Below are positions 61,001 through 64,000 of a DNA stretch of 64,000 bases, piece by piece. Source of the stretch: Candidatus Spyradenecus sp. Its GTDB lineage: Bacteria > Verrucomicrobiota > Kiritimatiellia > RFP12 > DVOR01. The stretch is from positions 5,001 through 69,000 of the forward strand of contig JAZLBT010000026.1 in NCBI GenBank assembly GCA_045613865.1, given 5' to 3'. The notes below the pieces were generated by a model that was given only the letters and a program-made list of their open reading frames with translations, had not been told where the DNA came from and did not search any database. A program made the position numbers and the translations under genes. The first letter of the stretch is position 1; each line of letters starts with the position of its first letter.

Positions 61001-61367
61001 GACGTGCATTAATGCCATGCTCATACTGCGTTGCGAGAATCTCCATGCCATCGAGCATCGGATACTTCAAAATTGCCGCACGCACAGCCTGCTCCAAATC
61101 CAACGCTGCCGTTGTTACACCCGACTGACGCAACGTTGCAATCGCTGCAGCCTTGCGCTCCTGAATCGTTGGGATCAACGCACGAAATGCCGCCAAATCC
61201 GCGGACTCCCCATACGTTGCTTCCCAGTCATCAGCCATACGTGTCAATGCTTCCGGCTGAATACGCTCAACACGGCGAAGAACCGCCTGCTCTGCAGGAC
61301 CCAAATCCACCGCCATCGCCGTAGCACTAAAACACAACATCATTAAAACGCTTAAGGTCGCTTTCAT
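58023..61367 (-). CDS. secreted HzsA-like + c-heme + FGE-sulfatase protein, paralog of 16207-19884
   Basis: YVRWEYCD, CTGCH, CARCH, RLPTEAEWEWAAR. Confidence 0.85.
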   Translation of the reverse strand: MKATLSVLMMLCFSATAMAVDLGPAEQAVLRRVERIQPEALTRMADDWEATYGESADLAAFRALIPTIQERKAAAIATLRQSGVTTAALDLEQAVRAAILKYPMLDGMEILATQYEHGINARRQDAPGQAYMACYNMLEANRGLNSKIVKISNIASGQPKVESLLDSPANTISCVDLHWNADKVCFLRKDPQDQNRLKLWQMALDGSAPTTVTPSGVDYDVGDGCFLPDGKFIITATAAEQGLPCESGRMAMTNTYRYSPETNTMERLTFDQDSNWSPCVTDDGRVMYVRWEYCDLTHFFSRIVMTMRPDGTRQLAYFGSNSFWPNHYGDPLPIPGANGKFICVVTGHHAPKTGRLALFDVSKARAEAAGCEQMLPGYGKPIPERIEDYLYAGDWPRFLTPYPLGTNPRDDGAGRFFITAMRGSANGLWGIYLIDIYDNITLLCETEGFSYTDPIHFTKRKVPPVYPDSIIPGEKECSIHIADIYNGPGLRGVPRGTVKNVRVFAYHYAYVKAGSHEGVGTESSWDMKYVLGTAPVNEDGSVYFTAPAHTPIAIQPLDEEGKALQIMRSWLVGQPGERVSCTGCHESANSIYNVPSLLTQARPLDAWPKKDKKGPTWNFLRDIQPILTHKCARCHNDETTDTDMKMDGIYGQQSLIGRRPNLANVDPVVLPYRDGLKPGGAGAFSRSYHDLNPYVRRPGPESDNHLFNPGEYSANTSPLIQLLKRGHHGVTLTDDEWERLYTWIDLNAPFWGTWTDFAFNWANEFHRNWIGIRGPQMQYDRMNESRARREKWAKLYQVSNHDPILEADAYGFEQAKKDLAKIAYAPVEKRKPRPKVPTLEGWPLKDVKAQPVQVDMPGGSLTFLRIPAGKFIMGDKAGYGDEAPHVVEIKKPFLMADIEVPLRNWKAYKPDHYNGYIDELGKDHTRPGVDVMNNVWFPAVRVSWQEAQDYCKWLSEKTGKKFRLPTEAEWEWAARGGTNTPFYWGGENDNFAPYANLADAALDKLDFQRQTLNYYHRDMRYNDGDKVLGIVGKRKANAFGLKDMIGNAAEWTQSAYMPYPYADDGRNTPAANQDVVARGGAWDLLPRFSRVSLRVHYPQWQRVANVAIRLVCEE

Positions 61368-61586
61368 AAAAATCCTCTTTCTTCGTCAGTTCTAGAACGA
61401 ACCTATACTAATAATACCAAAAAACGCATCTCCCGTCCACAAAAATAAATACACCCCACCTTAAAATCACCCCTCCCCCAACCAAATGAAAAACCCAAGA
61501 TTCTCAAAAAACTCATTTGGCCTTTCATCCTAAAATATGATAAAATAACGTTGAATTAATTTCCACTTTATGTAAGGACGAAAACA

Positions 61587-62384
61587 ATGAAAGTCGTACC
61601 AACCGAATTTAATGCCCCCATTGATCGCCTTCGCTGGGTACTTAAAGCTCTCCGTGCCCCTGACGGTTGCCCCTGGGATCGCGAACAAACCCTCAAATCC
61701 ATCCAGCCCTGCCTCCAAGAAGAGTGCTACGAACTCCTCTCGGCAATGGTTGACGACAACGACCTCGACAACCACCGCGAAGAACTCGGCGACGTCCTCC
61801 TCCAAGTTCTCTTCCAATGCGACATCCGCGAAGACCAAGGCAAATTCACCTTTGACGACGTCGTCAACACCCTTGCTGACAAACTCATCCGTCGTCACCC
61901 CCACGTCTTCAGCACCGTCGATGCAAAAGACACCGAAACCGTCTTGAAAAACTGGGAAACCATCAAACAAACCGAACACAAAACCCCAAAAGCCTCCGCA
62001 CTCGATGGCGTCCCCACGGCACTCCCTGCCCTTCTTAAAGCACAACGCACCCAACACAAAGCCGCAAAAGTCGGCTTCGACTGGAAAGACGCCCAAGGCC
62101 CTGAAGCAAAAATCATTGAAGAACTCGCCGAACTCCGCCAAGCCATCGAAGCTGGCAACCCTGCCGCCATTGCGGACGAATATGGCGACGTCCTCTTCTC
62201 CCTTGTCAATCTTGCCCGCCACATCAATGTCGATGCAGAGAGCGCCCTCCGCGCCTCAACAGAAAAATTCGCTCGTCGCTTCCGTGCCGTTGAAGCACGC
62301 GTTAAAGCAAGCGGACAAGAAATGAAAAAACTCTCCCTCGAAGCCCTCGATGCCATCTGGGACCAAGTCAAAGCGGAGCAATAA
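61587..62384 (+). CDS. mazG: nucleoside triphosphate pyrophosphohydrolase
   Basis: GCPWDREQT, EELGD, RRHPHVF, GFDW. Confidence 0.96.
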   Translation: MKVVPTEFNAPIDRLRWVLKALRAPDGCPWDREQTLKSIQPCLQEECYELLSAMVDDNDLDNHREELGDVLLQVLFQCDIREDQGKFTFDDVVNTLADKLIRRHPHVFSTVDAKDTETVLKNWETIKQTEHKTPKASALDGVPTALPALLKAQRTQHKAAKVGFDWKDAQGPEAKIIEELAELRQAIEAGNPAAIADEYGDVLFSLVNLARHINVDAESALRASTEKFARRFRAVEARVKASGQEMKKLSLEALDAIWDQVKAEQ

Positions 62385-62385
62385 A

Positions 62386-63246
62386 ATGACCCCTCTCTAC
62401 GAAACCTTTATCGCGCTCGACTCCGATGGTTGCATCGTCGACACCATGGCTGCAAAACAACACCAATTCTTGCAACCCCTCATGATCGAACACCTCGGCC
62501 TCACAGACGAACAGGCCGACGTCTACCGTGCATGCGCTGACTACGTCAACCTCTACTCCGTCACCCGTGGCATCTCCCGCTACAAAGCCATCCTTCTCAA
62601 CCTTGAAGCCTACAACACCCACCCCACGACCCTCGCAAAAGGCTGGACTCCCTTCCCACTCGACGACCTTCGAGCCTTCGTAGAGAGCGGCCTCCCCCTT
62701 GGCAACCCAGGCGCAGAAACCTTCCTCAAAGATCACCCCTCTGACTTCCTTCAGACAATCCTTGACTGGAGCCGCCACGTAAACGAAGCCATCATCACCT
62801 CTGGCGCAACCTTCCCCGCCTACAACGGTGCCCGCACCGCACTCATGCGCATGAAAGGCAAATCCCACAACGGCATCGTCTCCCAATCCCCCGAAGCCGT
62901 CCTCCGCGAAGACTGGGGCAGCCAAGGCCTCCTCGACTATGTGGAACAAATCGCAGGTCAAGAAAAAGGCCTCAAAGTGGCCCAACTCACCCTCCTTACC
63001 CAAGGCATTGACCCACAACGCGTGATGATGATCGGCGATGCCCCCGGCGACCTCGAAGCCGCCCGCGCCTTTGGCTGCCGCTTCTTCCCCATCATCCCTG
63101 GCGAAGAAGAAACCTCCTGGCAAGACTTCAACACCACCGTCTACGATGCCTTCCTCAACAACACCTACACCCAAGAAGAAGAAGCCAAACGCATCGCGGC
63201 CTTTGAACATCGCCTTCCCAACCATCCCCCTTGGACAACGCACTAA
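62386..63246 (+). CDS. HAD-family hydrolase
   Basis: DSDGCIVDTM, IGDAPGD. Confidence 0.88.
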   Translation: MTPLYETFIALDSDGCIVDTMAAKQHQFLQPLMIEHLGLTDEQADVYRACADYVNLYSVTRGISRYKAILLNLEAYNTHPTTLAKGWTPFPLDDLRAFVESGLPLGNPGAETFLKDHPSDFLQTILDWSRHVNEAIITSGATFPAYNGARTALMRMKGKSHNGIVSQSPEAVLREDWGSQGLLDYVEQIAGQEKGLKVAQLTLLTQGIDPQRVMMIGDAPGDLEAARAFGCRFFPIIPGEEETSWQDFNTTVYDAFLNNTYTQEEEAKRIAAFEHRLPNHPPWTTH

Positions 63247-63258
63247 AAGGAGCCCACC

Positions 63259-64000
63259 ATGTCAACGCCGACCCTTTACAACTTCTCTGCGGGCCCAGCC
63301 GTCCTCCCCCTTGCCGTCCGCGAACAACTCAAAGACGACCTCACAAACTACAACAACACCGGCCGCTCCATCATTGAAATCTCCCACCGCTCCGCGACCT
63401 ATCAAGAAATGATGGACCAAGTCATCGCCAACCTCCACCAACTCCTTAACATTGGTGAAGACCGCACCCTCCTCCTCCTCCAAGGCGGCGCCTCTGGACA
63501 ATTCGCAATGCTCCCCTACAACTTCCTCCGTGAAGGTGCTGCCGCCGACTACCTCGTCCGCGGCTACTGGGGCGAAAAAGCCGCCCAACAAGCCGCCCGC
63601 ATCGGACGCATCACCCGCCGAGAAAACCTTGACCAGTGGAACGACCAAGCCGTCTATGCCCACGTCACAACCAACGAAACCATCGCTGGCACCGCACTCC
63701 CCGAAAACTTCAACCTCCCCCCAATCCCCCTCTGCGCCGACATGAGCAGCGACATCCTCGCCGCCCCGCGCAACTACAACAACTACCACCTCCTCTATGC
63801 CGGCACTCAGAAAAATCTCGGTGTCGCAGGCCTTGCCCTCGTCGTTGCAGAAAAAGAATTCCTCTCCAAAGCACGCCGCAACCTCCCCGCGGCCTTCTGC
63901 TACCTTGAACATGCAAAAGCCAAAGGCCTCTACCACACCCCCAACGCCTTTGCCGTCTGCGCCCTCTACCGCGTCACACAATGGCTCCAAAAAGAAACCC
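63259..64000 (+). CDS. serC: phosphoserine aminotransferase (3' truncated; absent from ORF track)
   Basis: NFSAGPA, EISHRS, LQGGA, ADMSSD, YAGTQKNLG. Confidence 0.93.
   Translation, partial: MSTPTLYNFSAGPAVLPLAVREQLKDDLTNYNNTGRSIIEISHRSATYQEMMDQVIANLHQLLNIGEDRTLLLLQGGASGQFAMLPYNFLREGAAADYLVRGYWGEKAAQQAARIGRITRRENLDQWNDQAVYAHVTTNETIAGTALPENFNLPPIPLCADMSSDILAAPRNYNNYHLLYAGTQKNLGVAGLALVVAEKEFLSKARRNLPAAFCYLEHAKAKGLYHTPNAFAVCALYRVTQWLQKET

Noticed and set aside
58149-61346. 1065-aa ORF on the plus strand
   Set aside because: Antisense shadow of the 58023-61367 gene; strong codon bias removes stops; no protein motifs. The same applies to 45940-47046, 36021-36872, 62368-63243 and 63262-63990.

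Overview
Bacterial chromosomal window, probably from an anaerobic PVC-superphylum organism (Kiritimatiellota/Lentisphaerota-like). That placement is inferred from a PEP-CTERM protein, an ECF sigma/Ser-Thr kinase pair and HzsA-FGE proteins. Most of it is housekeeping or metabolic: trxB, rph, rlmI, PMM, tRNA Phe-Glu x2, GH2, prlC, hfsABC-like hydrogenase sensor, xseA, dtd, ddl-ftsQAZ, ychF, lolDE, queFC, mazG, serC. Three things are not explained by the ORF track. (1) At 1-5.5 kb there is a cluster of about seven 110-200 nt structured non-coding elements, each behind its own sigma70-like promoter. Four share one 35-bp promoter cassette, and two paralogous RNA pairs show stem-preserving changes. 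They are interleaved with Ldr/Fst-like 36-aa peptides and a start-less PBECR-type RNase fragment, suggesting an RNA-antitoxin library. (2) At 39-42.4 kb a ~281-bp inverted repeat encloses a PEP-CTERM gene and is surrounded by several different mini-arrays with a 22-bp period. Partial copies of the repeat lie at 0.6 and 5.5 kb. (3) A saw-tooth GC skew flips at these repeat sites regardless of gene orientation. Also notable are an intact PKS-like pair with degenerate KS, AT and DH active sites fused to an intact PPTase, and a highly divergent FtsZ. All calls come from reading the sequence; no searches were run.
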